DNA from: Oscillibacter sp.
GTDB lineage: Bacteria > Bacillota > Clostridia > Oscillospirales > Oscillospiraceae
Length of the DNA: 64,000 nucleotides
Assembly (NCBI GenBank): GCA_017469475.1
Contig: JAFUGI010000078.1
Location: 1,912-65,911 of the forward strand
Reading direction: 5' to 3'
This document shows positions 19,690-30,043 of this stretch, in pieces (the first letter of the stretch is position 1; each line of letters begins with the position of its first letter). A program made the translations under genes and the position numbers. Below the pieces are notes generated by a model. That model saw only the letters and a list, made by a program, of their open reading frames with translations, ran no database searches and was not told the origin of the DNA.

Positions 19690-19953
19690 CCCGCTGGAAA
19701 GTGGCAAAAAGCAAGATCGTGATACTCCGCCCCGGTGCGCAAGCCGATGCCGGAAGAGCGGGCGCGGCGGCCACGCCCTCCATTTTCACGATCCTGTGCC
19801 CCGCGACGCCCGGTTTTCGGTGTTGGCGGGAAAACGATCACCTTTTTCTCCTCTTTTTCGGAAAGCGCGAAAAAAAGCAGGATGCGCAAAGCGGCCGCCG
19901 CCCGCCTCCGGTATACTGAGGGTGCCGCGATATGCGGACAGGAGGGTCTTTCG

Positions 19954-21174
19954 ATGCAAAACAACAATACCGCCCGGTGCTCCGGCGCCGTCATTTTAGT
20001 GCTGGGTGCCCTGGGCTTTTTGCTGGGCAGCTGCGAATATGTCTCTGTGGTGATCTTGCCGGAGGTGGCGGCGGACCTGCGCGTCTCGCTGGACGACGCG
20101 GGTCGGCTGGTGTCCATTTTTGCCGCGTCCTATGCCGCCGGTACGCCGCTTTTGACCGCCGCCACCGGCCGCCTGCCTCGGTTTCGGTTACTGATGGGCC
20201 TGATGGCCCTGTTTCTCGCGGCCAACGCCGGGTGTATGCTGGCCCCCTCCCTGGGCGTGCTGTACCTCTTCCGAGGGCTTGCCGCCGTATCCGTGGGCAC
20301 CGCCACTGCGGCGGCCCAGCTTTTTGCCGGGGGCGCGGTGCCGCCGGAGCGGCGGGTCCGGGCGGTGACCGCGGTCTACACCGGCATGGGCCTTTCCACC
20401 ATTGTGGGAAATCCGCTGAACAAGGCCCTGTGCGCCCTGTGGGGCTGGCGGGCCTCCTTTGCCCTCATCGTGCTTGCGGGGGCAGCCCTGCTGCCCTTTC
20501 TCTCCCGGGTGCTTCCCCACGATCTGCGGATGAAGGGTGCCGCTGCCGGCGCGGGGCAGTTCGCCGTGCTCCGGGACCGGCGCTATCTTCTCAGCGCGGC
20601 CATGACCGTGTGCGGCTACGCCGCCTCCTACACGGTGTATACCTACCTGACGCCCATTCTGACAGATATGCTGCACCTGCAAAGCGGTGCCCTGGCCCTG
20701 GTGCTGACCGGCGTGGGCCTTTGCTGCACGGGGAGCAACCTTCTGGGCGGCTGGCTGGGAGGCCGGGGCGGCGTGGAGCGGACGCCCGCCGTTCTGGCCC
20801 TCCAGGCTCTGGTGCTCTGCACCCTGCCGTGGCTTCTGGGCTCCGCTGCCACCGGCCTTGCCGCCGTTGGTGCCATGTGCCTGCTCCTCTACTTTTTGGC
20901 ATCCCCCGTCCAGCTGTACACCGCTGATCTTGCGGAGCGGTCCTACCCCGCCTCCGCCGGCCTCTGTGCCGCCACCCTGTCCGTGGCGGCCAACATCGGC
21001 ATCGCCGCCGGCTCCCTGCTGGCAAGTCTCCTGCGGCCGGTCCTGGGGCTGAGGCTGCTGGGGCTGCCCGCCGCCGCGCTGGCCCTGGCGGCCCTGGGAC
21101 TGAATCTGGCCCTGCGGAGGGAGCGGCGGGGCATCCCGCACTCTGCGCTTTGTGCGCATTATTTGCGTATATGA
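19954..21174 (+). CDS. MFS transporter (DHA1/AraJ-like efflux)
   Basis: 12 TM pattern, G.LVS.FA.SYA.G.P, motif A-like TGRLPR; GGAGG RBS. Confidence 0.85.
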   Translation: MQNNNTARCSGAVILVLGALGFLLGSCEYVSVVILPEVAADLRVSLDDAGRLVSIFAASYAAGTPLLTAATGRLPRFRLLMGLMALFLAANAGCMLAPSLGVLYLFRGLAAVSVGTATAAAQLFAGGAVPPERRVRAVTAVYTGMGLSTIVGNPLNKALCALWGWRASFALIVLAGAALLPFLSRVLPHDLRMKGAAAGAGQFAVLRDRRYLLSAAMTVCGYAASYTVYTYLTPILTDMLHLQSGALALVLTGVGLCCTGSNLLGGWLGGRGGVERTPAVLALQALVLCTLPWLLGSAATGLAAVGAMCLLLYFLASPVQLYTADLAERSYPASAGLCAATLSVAANIGIAAGSLLASLLRPVLGLRLLGLPAAALALAALGLNLALRRERRGIPHSALCAHYLRI

Positions 21175-21368
21175 CGCATATTCCACGATTAATCTGTTGT
21201 AATATCCTAAATTTCTTTTCTTAATTTTGTCGTAATTAACAAACTTTTTCGCAAAATTTGCATTTGGTGAAATTGCCGGTTTCTTTGCGGCGGCAGGGGC
21301 ATATATACTAAAATCAGATTTTTCCATCTTCCGGACGGCCCTCGGCCGCGCCGGCAAAGGAGCGCAGT

Positions 21369-23120
21369 ATGGAGCTTACTTCTCTTTTCACCCTCTGCGG
21401 CGGGCTGGCCTTCTTCCTCTACGGCATGACCACCATGTCCAAAAGCCTGGAAAGGATGGCCGGTGGGCGGCTGGAGCGGCTGCTCCGCACCCTGACCGCC
21501 AGCCGCTGCAAGGGACTGGCGCTGGGCGCGGTCATCACCGTGGCCATCCAGTCCTCCTCCGCCATGACGGTGATGCTGGTGGGGCTGGTGAATTCCGGCG
21601 TCATGGAGCTGTGGCAGACCGTCAGCGTCATCATGGGCTCCAACATCGGCACCACCCTGACCCCCTGGGTCCTGGCTCTGACGGGGATGGAGAGCGCCGG
21701 CGGGGCGTGGGACCTTCTGCGGCCGGAGAGCTTTTCCCCTCTGGCCGCCCTGGCGGGCGTTGCGCTGATGCTGGGGTCCCGGCGCCAGCGGCGGCGGGAT
21801 CTGGGCCGCATCCTGGTGGGCTTTGCCATCCTCATGTACGGGATGCAGCTCATGCAGGAGGCGGTCCTGCCCCTGGCGGAGCTGCCGGGCTTTTCCCGCC
21901 TTCTCACCGCCTTTGCCCATCCCCTCCTGGGGCTGCTGGCCGGCGCGGTCTTCACCGGGGTCATCCAGTCCTCCGCCGCGTCAGTGGGCATTTTGCAGGC
22001 CCTCAGCCGCGCCGGCTCCCTCTCCTACGCCGCGGCCATCCCCATCATTCTGGGCCAGAACATCGGCACCTGCGTCACCGCCCTGCTCTCCGCCATCGGC
22101 GTCAACCGCCGGGCCCGGCAGGTGGCGGTGGTCCACATCGCCTTCAACGTGCTGGGCTCGGCGGCCTTCCTGCTCCTGTTCTGGGCCGGCGGGGCGCTGC
22201 TGGACCTGCCCCTCCTGGGGCGGGCCGTGACGCCCATGGGCATCGCCGCCTGCCACACGGTCTTCAACGTGGGCACCACCTGCCTGTTGCTGCCCTTCTC
22301 CCGCCAGCTGGAACGGCTGGCGGAGGGGCTGCTTCCCAGTGGGGACAAGCCCCGGCAGGAGATCTTTTTGGACCCGCTGCTGCTGCGCACTCCCGGCGCC
22401 GCCCTCAGTGAATGTGCCGTTCTGGCCGGGCGCATGGGCGCCCTGGCCCGGGAGGATCTGGCGGCAGCCATGGCCCAGGTAGAAGCATACACGCCCCAGC
22501 GGGCCCGGCAGATCCAGGAGACGGAGACGCTGCTGGACACCTACGAGGACCGCCTCAGCGATTATCTGGTGACCCTCTCCCAGCACGGCGTCTCCCAGGA
22601 GGACAGCCGCACCGTCTCCCGCCTGCTCCACGCCATTGGGGACTTCGAGCGCATCGGCGACCACGCCCTGAACCTCCAGGAGTCCGCCCAGGCCCTGCAT
22701 CAGGAAAAGCTCTCCCTGTCCGCCGCGGCCCAAAGCGAGCTGCGTGTGCTGCTCACCGCCGTATCCGATACGGCGGACGCGGCCCTGACCGCCTTTTCTG
22801 CGGGCGACGCCTCCGCCGCCGAGCAGGTGGAACCGCTGGAGGAGGCGGTGGATCAGCTGACAAAGCAGCTGCGCGCCCGGCACATCCGGCGCCTGCAAAG
22901 GGGCGTCTGCTCCATTGCCGCTGGCGCCGTGCTGGACGATGTTCTCACCGATCTGGAGCGGGTGGCGGACCACTGCTCCAACATCGCCCTGGCTGTGTTG
23001 GACAGCGCCGCCGGCCCCCACGCCAGCTCCCGCGCCATGAAGGGCCAGGCCGCCTTTTCCCGGGCCCTGGCCCGGGCCATAGAGACCTATCGCCTGCCGC
23101 CGGAGGTCCCTGCGGAATAG
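21369..23120 (+). CDS. Na/Pi cotransporter family protein with C-terminal PhoU-like repeats
   Basis: Duplicated QSSSA / GSNIGTT and GQNIGT motifs; DFERIGDH and DLERVADH. Confidence 0.92.
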   Translation: MELTSLFTLCGGLAFFLYGMTTMSKSLERMAGGRLERLLRTLTASRCKGLALGAVITVAIQSSSAMTVMLVGLVNSGVMELWQTVSVIMGSNIGTTLTPWVLALTGMESAGGAWDLLRPESFSPLAALAGVALMLGSRRQRRRDLGRILVGFAILMYGMQLMQEAVLPLAELPGFSRLLTAFAHPLLGLLAGAVFTGVIQSSAASVGILQALSRAGSLSYAAAIPIILGQNIGTCVTALLSAIGVNRRARQVAVVHIAFNVLGSAAFLLLFWAGGALLDLPLLGRAVTPMGIAACHTVFNVGTTCLLLPFSRQLERLAEGLLPSGDKPRQEIFLDPLLLRTPGAALSECAVLAGRMGALAREDLAAAMAQVEAYTPQRARQIQETETLLDTYEDRLSDYLVTLSQHGVSQEDSRTVSRLLHAIGDFERIGDHALNLQESAQALHQEKLSLSAAAQSELRVLLTAVSDTADAALTAFSAGDASAAEQVEPLEEAVDQLTKQLRARHIRRLQRGVCSIAAGAVLDDVLTDLERVADHCSNIALAVLDSAAGPHASSRAMKGQAAFSRALARAIETYRLPPEVPAE

Positions 23121-23174
23121 TGGGGGCCAAATCGGGGGACCCTCTTCTTATTCTGAAACGAGGAGGCCGTTCCC

Positions 23175-23945
23175 ATGTCCATTTCCTTTTCCGAGAGCGA
23201 GACCCGGCAAAACCTGATGCGCGCCTTTGCCGGCGAGAGCCAGGCCCGCAGCCGCTACACCATCGCTGCGGAGCTGTGCCGCCAGCAGCAGCTCTACGCC
23301 CTGGAGGCGGTGTTCACCTTCACCGCCGGCCAGGAGCACGCGCACGGCGCGCTCTTCTGGAAGCAGCTCCAGCCATCTTCCGGCACCCAGGTCCCCCTTC
23401 AGGCGGACTACCCAGTGGACGTCACCAACGATGTTTCCCAGCTCCTCCGCCAGGCCCAGCAGCATGAGTACGCGGAGGCCGGCTCGATTTATCCCGTCTT
23501 TGCGGAGGCGGCCCGGCAGGAGGGCTTTTCTCAGGCCGCCGCCCTCTTCCAGTCCGTCGCCCCCATCGAGCAAAGCCACGGCGACCGCTTCGGCGCCTTG
23601 GCGGACCTGATGGAGCAGGGAAAGCTCTTTGTCTCCGACGCGGCGTGCGGCTGGATGTGTCTCAACTGCGGCCACATCCAGGAAAGCCCCGAGGCTCCCA
23701 AGACCTGCCCCACCTGTGGCCACCCCCAAGGGTACTTCCTCCGGCTGGAGCTGGCGCCCTACACCCTTCCCCAGAGGGCCGGGGGCTGCACTGGCGCAGG
23801 CGCTCGGGGGCGCCCGGCGGGCTCCATACGCGCCGCAGGCGATGCGGGCACGGGGCCTCCGGTGCGCCGCTCGGCAAGCCGCTTCCATGGAAAGAACGCC
23901 GGCCTCCCGCGGGAGACCGGCGCTCTTTTTGGCGTTCTCTTTTGA
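23175..23945 (+). CDS. rbr: Rubrerythrin with an atypical ~57-aa C-terminal read-through extension
   Basis: NLMRAFAGESQAR, ExxH ligands, C-terminal CLNCG...CPTCG rubredoxin domain. Confidence 0.88.
   Translation: MSISFSESETRQNLMRAFAGESQARSRYTIAAELCRQQQLYALEAVFTFTAGQEHAHGALFWKQLQPSSGTQVPLQADYPVDVTNDVSQLLRQAQQHEYAEAGSIYPVFAEAARQEGFSQAAALFQSVAPIEQSHGDRFGALADLMEQGKLFVSDAACGWMCLNCGHIQESPEAPKTCPTCGHPQGYFLRLELAPYTLPQRAGGCTGAGARGRPAGSIRAAGDAGTGPPVRRSASRFHGKNAGLPRETGALFGVLF
23891..23930. terminator. Bidirectional terminator lying inside the extended rubrerythrin frame
   Basis: CGCCGG..CTCC/GGAG..CCGGCG stem with T-runs on both strands, before the TGA at 23943. Confidence 0.6.
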
Positions 23946-23958
23946 CCGGGTTCCTTCC

Positions 23959-24807
23959 TCAGTACCCGATGATGAGGCCCTTTTCCATGGCGTAAAAGCT
24001 GGTGAGACCCCGGCAGGGCAGGATCTCCACGCTCTTTACCGGGAGGGTGCGGAGGATCTCCTCCTTCAGCTTCAGGGCGCCGGTGGGGTTTTCACAGTGG
24101 CAGATGATGACCTCGGCGCCGGTGCAGTCCTTGCTCTGGGCCATGAGCTCCGTGATGGCCCGGTAGGTCCTCCCCTCCCCCCGGGCCTTGCCCGAGACGT
24201 GGATGGTGCCCTGGGGCGTGCCGTCGGCGATGACGTGGATGCCCAGGGAGTGGAGAAGGGTCCCCACCAAGGGGCGCATCCGGCCGTTTTTGATGAGGTT
24301 GTCAAAATTCTCCAGGGTGAAGCAGGTGCGCAGCGCCGCCTGATAGAGGCGCAGCTCGTCACAGATCTCGCCATAGCGCACCCCCATGGGGTCCGCCTCC
24401 ATCAGCCGGATGGCCCGGCGGATCAGCAGCACCATAGCCCCGGCGGTGGCCCGGGAGTCGATGATGCAGATCTCCTTTTCCGGGTGCTCCTCCAGCACCA
24501 GCTCCCGCCCCTGCACCGCCGCGTTGTAGCAGCCGGAGAGGTTGCCGGAGATGGTGAAGCACACCGTCTTGTCCCCCTTTTCAAAGGCCTGGGCAAAGGC
24601 CGCCGGAGAGGGGCAGGCCGTGGTGGAGGCGCTCTTCTCCTCCGCCATGGCGGTGAGCATCTCGGGTACATACAGGCTGTCGTCGTCCAAAAACTCCCGG
24701 CCGCCCACATGGATGCGCAGCGGCACGGTGGAAAAGAGGACGCTCCCCCCCGTCATGTCGCTCTGGCGCAGGTCACAGCTGCTGTCGCTGACAACGTTCC
24801 AAATCAT
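23959..24807 (-). CDS. DegV family fatty-acid-binding protein
   Basis: SDSSCDL, STTACPS, TISGNLSG.YN, IDSR, L.NL.KNGR. Confidence 0.92.
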   Translation of the reverse strand: MIWNVVSDSSCDLRQSDMTGGSVLFSTVPLRIHVGGREFLDDDSLYVPEMLTAMAEEKSASTTACPSPAAFAQAFEKGDKTVCFTISGNLSGCYNAAVQGRELVLEEHPEKEICIIDSRATAGAMVLLIRRAIRLMEADPMGVRYGEICDELRLYQAALRTCFTLENFDNLIKNGRMRPLVGTLLHSLGIHVIADGTPQGTIHVSGKARGEGRTYRAITELMAQSKDCTGAEVIICHCENPTGALKLKEEILRTLPVKSVEILPCRGLTSFYAMEKGLIIGY

Positions 24808-24850
24808 ATGACGCTCCTTGTAATATAGTTTTAAATATTACTTTTTTCCT

Positions 24851-24879
24851 ATCATACCCCATCGTGGGGCGTTTGTCAA
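24851..24879 (-). promoter_or_regulatory. Sigma70 promoter of degV-like gene
   Basis: TTGACA-17-TATGAT. Confidence 0.75.
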
Positions 24880-25026
24880 CGGCGAACCGGCCCGGCGGCG
24901 AAAAAACTTCCCTCCGCCCCCTGCCGCCTCCGCCGCCGGATGAGGCTGTCAAGCCGCCCGGAACCGTCCGGAATTTACAGAAACTTCATGAAAAAATGAG
25001 GCTTCATTCTTGTGGGGGTGCCGTTC

Positions 25027-25259
25027 TTGTGGTATCATAAACGCAAACCATGCGGCCATGCCGCATGGACGCGCACGGCGCGGTTTTTGCAAGGCAAAAA
25101 CTTTGCGTTGTATGGAACCATCAAATTTTTGCGCCCGTGAGCGCAGTGCGGCGAAGCCGCGCCCCAGGTGCTCCGCACCCGGAAAATTTGTGGTATCATA
25201 AACGCAAACCATGCGGCCATGCCGCATGGACGCGCACGGCGCGGTTTTTGCAAGGCAAA
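25027..25259 (+). repeat. Two identical 72-bp direct repeats (25027-25098, 25188-25259) upstream of ftsH
   Basis: TTGTGGTATCATAAACGCAAACCATGCGGCCATGCCGCATGGACGCGCACGGCGCGGTTTTTGCAAGGCAAA twice, period 161 bp. Confidence 0.9.
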
Positions 25260-25406
25260 GCTTTTCGCCCTCCGGGACCTGCGCCCTTGGGCACCATGCG
25301 GCGCGTCCGCACGGCCGGGTGCTGTGCGCCCGGGAAAGTTGCGGTATCCCCCATGCGATGATGCCGCGGAGACAGGCCCCTTTCCGGAAAGGAGTTTTGA
25401 ATAGAG

Positions 25407-27626
25407 ATGGACCAAAACAACAATAACAAGAAAAACAACAAGAACAGCAGCAACCTGCGGGGGCTGCTGCAGCTGGTGGGCTGGGCGCTGGTCATCACCG
25501 TGCTGGTGAGCTACGCCAGCTCCTACATGACCAATTCCAGCCGGCGAGCCTCCTCCCTGGAGCTGGAGTACGGCGAGTTTTTGCAGATGGCGGAGAGCGG
25601 CTCCCTGGCTGAGGTGGACTTTGCCAACGACGAGGACATCCTCATCCTCACCCCGCGGGACGGCAGCGTCTTCACCGGGAAGGACGGCGTCACCTACACC
25701 AAGGCCACCGATGAGCGGGGCGGCGTGTTCTATACCTACACCGACGATCTGGGCCAGGAGCGGCAGACCGCCCTGCGGCTTTTCACCGTGCGGGTGGAGT
25801 CCAAGGACGCCACCGTGGCCTTTTTGCGACAGAACAGCCAGGACGTGCGCATCAACCAGGACTATCAGGCGGCCATGAGCCCCATTTTGATCTTCCTCAT
25901 CAACCTGCTGCCCTTCGTGGTAATCCTGCTGGGCATGTCCCTCTTCATGAACTGGATGGCCAAAAAGGGCGGCATGGGCGGTATCGGCGGCATCGGTGGC
26001 GTGGGCAAGGCCAATGCCAAGGTGTATATGGAAAAGTCCACCGGCGTCACCTTCCGGGACGTTGCGGGGCAGGACGAGGCCAAGGAGTCCCTGACGGAGA
26101 TCATCGACTTTCTCCACAACCCCGGAAAGTACACCGACATCGGCGCCAAGCTCCCCAAGGGCGCGCTGCTGGTGGGCCCTCCGGGCACCGGCAAGACCCT
26201 GCTTGCCAAGGCCGTGGCCGGAGAGGCCAACGTGCCCTTCTTCTCCATCTCCGGGTCTGACTTTGTGGAGATGTTCGTGGGCGTGGGCGCGAGCCGGGTG
26301 CGGGACCTCTTCAAGGAGGCCAGCAAGGTGGCCCCCTGCATCGTGGTCATCGACGAGATCGACACCATCGGCAAGTCCCGGGACAACCGCATGGGCGGCA
26401 ACGACGAGCGGGAGCAGACCATCAACCAGCTGTTGGCGGAGATGGACGGCTTCGACCCCACCAAGGGCGTCATCCTGCTGGCCGCCACCAACCGCCCCGA
26501 GGTGCTGGATCAGGCGCTGCTGCGCCCCGGCCGGTTCGACCGGCGCATCATCATCGACCGGCCCAACCTGGCCGGGCGGCTCGCCACCCTCCAGGTCCAC
26601 ACCCGGAATATCAAGCTGGCGGAGGACGTGAACCTCAAGAAGGTGGCTCTGGCCACTGCCGGATGCGTGGGCGCCGACCTTGCAAACCTGGTGAACGAGG
26701 CGGCCCTCCGGGCCGTGCGTAAGGGCCGCCGCCTGGTGACCCAGGAGGACCTGCTCTCCGCCTTCGAGCTGGTCATCGCCGGCACGGAGAAAAAGGGCAG
26801 CGTGCTCACCGAGTTTGAAAAGAAGCTGGTGGCCTACCACGAGGTGGGCCACGCCATGGTGGCCTACCGGCAGAAGAACACCGAGCCGGTGCAGAAGATC
26901 ACCATCGTCCCCCACACCCAGGGCTCCCTGGGCTACACCCTGCTGATGCCGGAGGAGGACAAGACGGAGCTTCGCACCAAGGACGAGCTCATGGCCAAGA
27001 TCACCGTATCCATGGGCGGCCGGGCCGCCGAGGAGGTGGTCATGAACACCATGACCAACGGCGCCTCCCAGGACATTCAGGACGCCACCAACGTGGCGCG
27101 GAACATGGTGGCCATGTTCGGCATGAGCGACGAGTTCGGCATGATGGCCCTGGCCTCCCGCCGCAACCAGTATCTGGACGGCGGCTACGGCATGGACTGC
27201 GCCCAGGATACCGCCGCCGCCATGGACAAGGCGGTGAAGGACATTCTGGACCGGTGCTACCGCAAGGCCGTGGAGGTCATCCAGGAGAACCGGGAGGACA
27301 TGGACAAGGTGGTGGCATACCTTCTGGAAAAGGAGACCATCACCGGCGCGGAGATGGTGGCCATCATCGAGGGCCGGGACCCGGCGCTGGTAGAGGACGC
27401 CTATGCCTCCACCGCCCAGGAGGGCTTCCGCCCCTCCCAGCCGGACCGGATCGAGCCGGCGGCCAAAAAGGTGCACATGATCTCCCAGAAGATCGAGGCG
27501 CCGGAGACGCCGGAGACGCCGGAAACGCCAGAGCCGGCAAAGACGCCGGAAACGCCGGAGCCCCAGGCCGGCGCCGCCCCTGATGACGGCGCGCCGGGCC
27601 AGACGCCGCCGGACACAACGAAATGA
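25407..27626 (+). CDS. ftsH: ATP-dependent zinc metalloprotease FtsH (paralog type) with C-terminal PET repeats
   Basis: 2 TM, Walker A GPPGTGKT, Walker B IDEID, SRH, HEVGH zinc motif; 9-bp tandem CCGGAGACG repeats near 27501-27563. Confidence 0.96.
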   Translation: MDQNNNNKKNNKNSSNLRGLLQLVGWALVITVLVSYASSYMTNSSRRASSLELEYGEFLQMAESGSLAEVDFANDEDILILTPRDGSVFTGKDGVTYTKATDERGGVFYTYTDDLGQERQTALRLFTVRVESKDATVAFLRQNSQDVRINQDYQAAMSPILIFLINLLPFVVILLGMSLFMNWMAKKGGMGGIGGIGGVGKANAKVYMEKSTGVTFRDVAGQDEAKESLTEIIDFLHNPGKYTDIGAKLPKGALLVGPPGTGKTLLAKAVAGEANVPFFSISGSDFVEMFVGVGASRVRDLFKEASKVAPCIVVIDEIDTIGKSRDNRMGGNDEREQTINQLLAEMDGFDPTKGVILLAATNRPEVLDQALLRPGRFDRRIIIDRPNLAGRLATLQVHTRNIKLAEDVNLKKVALATAGCVGADLANLVNEAALRAVRKGRRLVTQEDLLSAFELVIAGTEKKGSVLTEFEKKLVAYHEVGHAMVAYRQKNTEPVQKITIVPHTQGSLGYTLLMPEEDKTELRTKDELMAKITVSMGGRAAEEVVMNTMTNGASQDIQDATNVARNMVAMFGMSDEFGMMALASRRNQYLDGGYGMDCAQDTAAAMDKAVKDILDRCYRKAVEVIQENREDMDKVVAYLLEKETITGAEMVAIIEGRDPALVEDAYASTAQEGFRPSQPDRIEPAAKKVHMISQKIEAPETPETPETPEPAKTPETPEPQAGAAPDDGAPGQTPPDTTK

Positions 27627-27630
27627 CGCA

Positions 27631-27672
27631 AAGGACCGCCCCCGGCTTCTCGCCGGAGGCGGTCCTTGTTTT
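27631..27672. terminator. Terminator between ftsH and the convergent hypothetical gene
   Basis: AAGGACCGCC..CCGGC/GCCGG..GGCGGTCCTT followed by T-rich tract. Confidence 0.7.
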
Positions 27673-27676
27673 CTTC

Positions 27677-28066
27677 TCAGCGCCTGCAGATCACCAGGAT
27701 GTTCCGCCGGTCCTCATCCAGCCGCACCGAATAGCGGGTGACCTTCTCGGCCGACGCTTCCGCCCCGAAGAGGCCCACCAGCACCCGCTTCCCGGCGATG
27801 TCCAGCCCGCCGATGAGCTGCCCATTCGCGACGCGCTGGCGGATGGGCAGGGAGTTCCCGGTGCGCTCCCCCTCCAACAAAAACCGCACGCCCACCTGGG
27901 GGCTTCCCCCCTGGTCCCGCATCAGCTCCACATACCGATACCGCCGGTAGTCCCCCAGCAGCTTGCAGGCGGCCGTATTGAAGGTAATGCGGCCAAAGCC
28001 CAGGCTGGCGGCAGGCTGTGTTCTGCCCTTGGCGGTGTCATCGATCCGGACCACTTCCCAATCCAT
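27677..28066 (-). CDS. Hypothetical 129-aa protein with alternating beta-strand pattern
   Basis: GGAGG RBS 7 nt before ATG, AT-rich upstream region, own orientation between terminators. Confidence 0.7.
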   Translation of the reverse strand: MDWEVVRIDDTAKGRTQPAASLGFGRITFNTAACKLLGDYRRYRYVELMRDQGGSPQVGVRFLLEGERTGNSLPIRQRVANGQLIGGLDIAGKRVLVGLFGAEASAEKVTRYSVRLDEDRRNILVICRR

Positions 28067-28265
28067 ACTCATTCCTCCCACTTGTTTTTTTACACGATAA
28101 CATACAATAGTCTATTCTTTCAACGAGATTTTTTGTACTAAATAATACTTTCTACTTTTTTATGTTTCTTTTGTTTCTATTCTATACTGGCATGTTTCCC
28201 TCCAGAAGATTAGATCCCGCCCCTGCCGATGTTCCGGCGGGGGCGGGATCTGGGTGCTCTGGTGT

Positions 28266-29648
28266 TCAGGCGGGTTGGTGCTGGGGTGCGGTTTCCGCTG
28301 TTGGCGGCAGATGGGCCATGCACTGGCGGTAGATGCGGGCAAAGTACCAGATCTCCGCCGCGGCGGTGATGGCCCAGGAGAAGATGTACAGCAGGTACAG
28401 GGAAGAGATGGTGCGGAAGTGGGCGAAAACCGTGTAGATCCAGAGGATTCGGAACACGCAGGAGCCCAGGATCACCATGACGGTAGGCACGCCGCTTTTC
28501 TCCAGTCCCCGGGAGGCGGCGATGGTGCCGTCCATAAAGGCAGAAAACCCGTAGCTCAGGCACATGATGCGCAGGCGGCTCATGCCGGCCTCCACCACCA
28601 GGGCGTCCTTGGTGAAGAGGGAGAGAAACTGGGGCCCCAGCGCCAGCAGCAGCGCCCCCAGCACCACCCCCGCCCCGAAGGCGTAGCCAATGGAGAGGAA
28701 GTAGCTGCGGCGGATGCGCTGGCGCTTGCCGGCGCCGTAGTTCTGGCCGATGAAGCTGCTGCACGCGGTATAAAAGGCGGCCATCACGTTGTAGATGATG
28801 CCGTCCGCGTTGGCGGCGGCGGAGTTCCCCTCCACCATGGTAGCGGAGAAGGAGTTGACCGCCGCCTGAATGAAGAGGTTGGCCAGGGCGAAGATGCCGT
28901 ACTGCACACCGGCGGGAATGCCCAAGGTCAAAATGGCCCGGCTGCGCCCTGGATGGAGCCGCAGCGCCTCCGGCCGCAGGGCAAAATCGGTCCCCGCCCG
29001 GAAGAGGGCGCGGACGATGAGGATGGCGGAGATGTACTGCGAGATGACGCTGGCCACCGCCACGCCGTCCACATCCATGCCGCACACGAGAACGAAAAAC
29101 AGATTCAGCCCCAGATTCACCAGTCCCGCTGCAGTGAGATACACCAGGGGACGGCGGGTGTCCCCCGCGGCGGAAAAGACGGCGTTTCCGAAGTTGTAGA
29201 GTCCCAGGGCCGGCATCCCCAAAAAGTAGATGCGAAGGTACAGCGCCGCGCCGTCGATGAGCTCGTCCTTGGTGTGGAGCAACTCCAGGATGGGACGGGC
29301 AAAGGCCACGCCCACCCCCGTAAGCAGCAGCCCCGCCAGGGCGCAGAGGATGGCGGCGGAGTGCACCGTCTGGCGCAGGGCGTCGGTGTCCCGGGCGCCC
29401 AGGTGCAGCGCCGTGAGCACGTTGACGCCGCCGCCCAGGCCGATCAAAAAGCCGGTGAACAGCGTCACAAGCGTGGTGGTGGAACCCACGGAGCCCAGCG
29501 CCGCGGGGCCGGCGAACCGGCCCACCACGGCCACGTCCGCCATGTTGAAAAGCACCTGCAGCACGTTGGAAAAAATCAGCGGCAGGCTGAAGAACAGGAT
29601 CTGCCGCCCCAGGGGGCCCTGGGTCAGATCCTGCTGTCGGGAATTCAT
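28266..29648 (-). CDS. MATE family efflux transporter
   Basis: DLT.G, FSLPL, D..VVG.F, duplicated halves with GIP.G; start MNSRQQ. Confidence 0.93.
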   Translation of the reverse strand: MNSRQQDLTQGPLGRQILFFSLPLIFSNVLQVLFNMADVAVVGRFAGPAALGSVGSTTTLVTLFTGFLIGLGGGVNVLTALHLGARDTDALRQTVHSAAILCALAGLLLTGVGVAFARPILELLHTKDELIDGAALYLRIYFLGMPALGLYNFGNAVFSAAGDTRRPLVYLTAAGLVNLGLNLFFVLVCGMDVDGVAVASVISQYISAILIVRALFRAGTDFALRPEALRLHPGRSRAILTLGIPAGVQYGIFALANLFIQAAVNSFSATMVEGNSAAANADGIIYNVMAAFYTACSSFIGQNYGAGKRQRIRRSYFLSIGYAFGAGVVLGALLLALGPQFLSLFTKDALVVEAGMSRLRIMCLSYGFSAFMDGTIAASRGLEKSGVPTVMVILGSCVFRILWIYTVFAHFRTISSLYLLYIFSWAITAAAEIWYFARIYRQCMAHLPPTAETAPQHQPA

Positions 29649-29810
29649 GGAAGCGATCCTCTCTTTCGGTTTTGCTGCGGTCCGCCCTTGGCGGACCGCA
29701 CCTGAGTGTAGCACGGCGGCGGAGGGATTGCAAGGGTGGATTGCCCCTTTCGGCGGGAAAAATGCGCAGCCGCCGCGCAACAGAAATTTGGCCCGGAGGC
29801 GGCCAATGGG

Positions 29811-29839
29811 TTGACAGGGCCGCCCTTTTGGCATAAGAT
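29811..29839 (+). promoter_or_regulatory. Sigma70 promoter of M-box/mgtE leader
   Basis: TTGACA-17-TAAGAT. Confidence 0.75.
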
Positions 29840-29862
29840 AGTGATACATTGGAATAATGAGG

Positions 29863-30010
29863 CGTCCGGTAGGTAAGGCTACCACAGGGATATGGATCGC
29901 TGCCGCGAAATGATGGAGACATCATGAGATGGTTTGAACAGGCGATATCGAAACGAAGGTATCATCTAACGCGATTTCACCGCCTTGTGAGGCTAAAGCT
30001 TGAACGGTCA
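29863..30010 (+). ncRNA. M-box (ykoK) Mg2+-sensing riboswitch
   Basis: Conserved blocks GUAGGUAAGGCU, GCUGCCGCGAAA, AACAG, AUCGAAA..AAGGU, GCUAAAGCU in order, upstream of mgtE. Confidence 0.88.
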
Positions 30011-30043
30011 GGAAGCGGCGTGGGCCGTATTCCGGGAAGTCAG

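Noticed and set aside
25027-25259. Direct repeats as a CRISPR array
   Set aside because: Only two units, 72 bp long with an 89-bp gap, and no cas genes or leader
28107-28117. AATAGTCTATT resembling a BlaI operator half-site
   Set aside because: Short, lies in very AT-rich DNA and lacks the partner half-site at the right spacing
29770-29830. CCAATGGGTTGACAG resembling a second M-box fragment
   Set aside because: Other M-box blocks are missing, and the sequence is explained by the TTGACA -35 of the leader promoter
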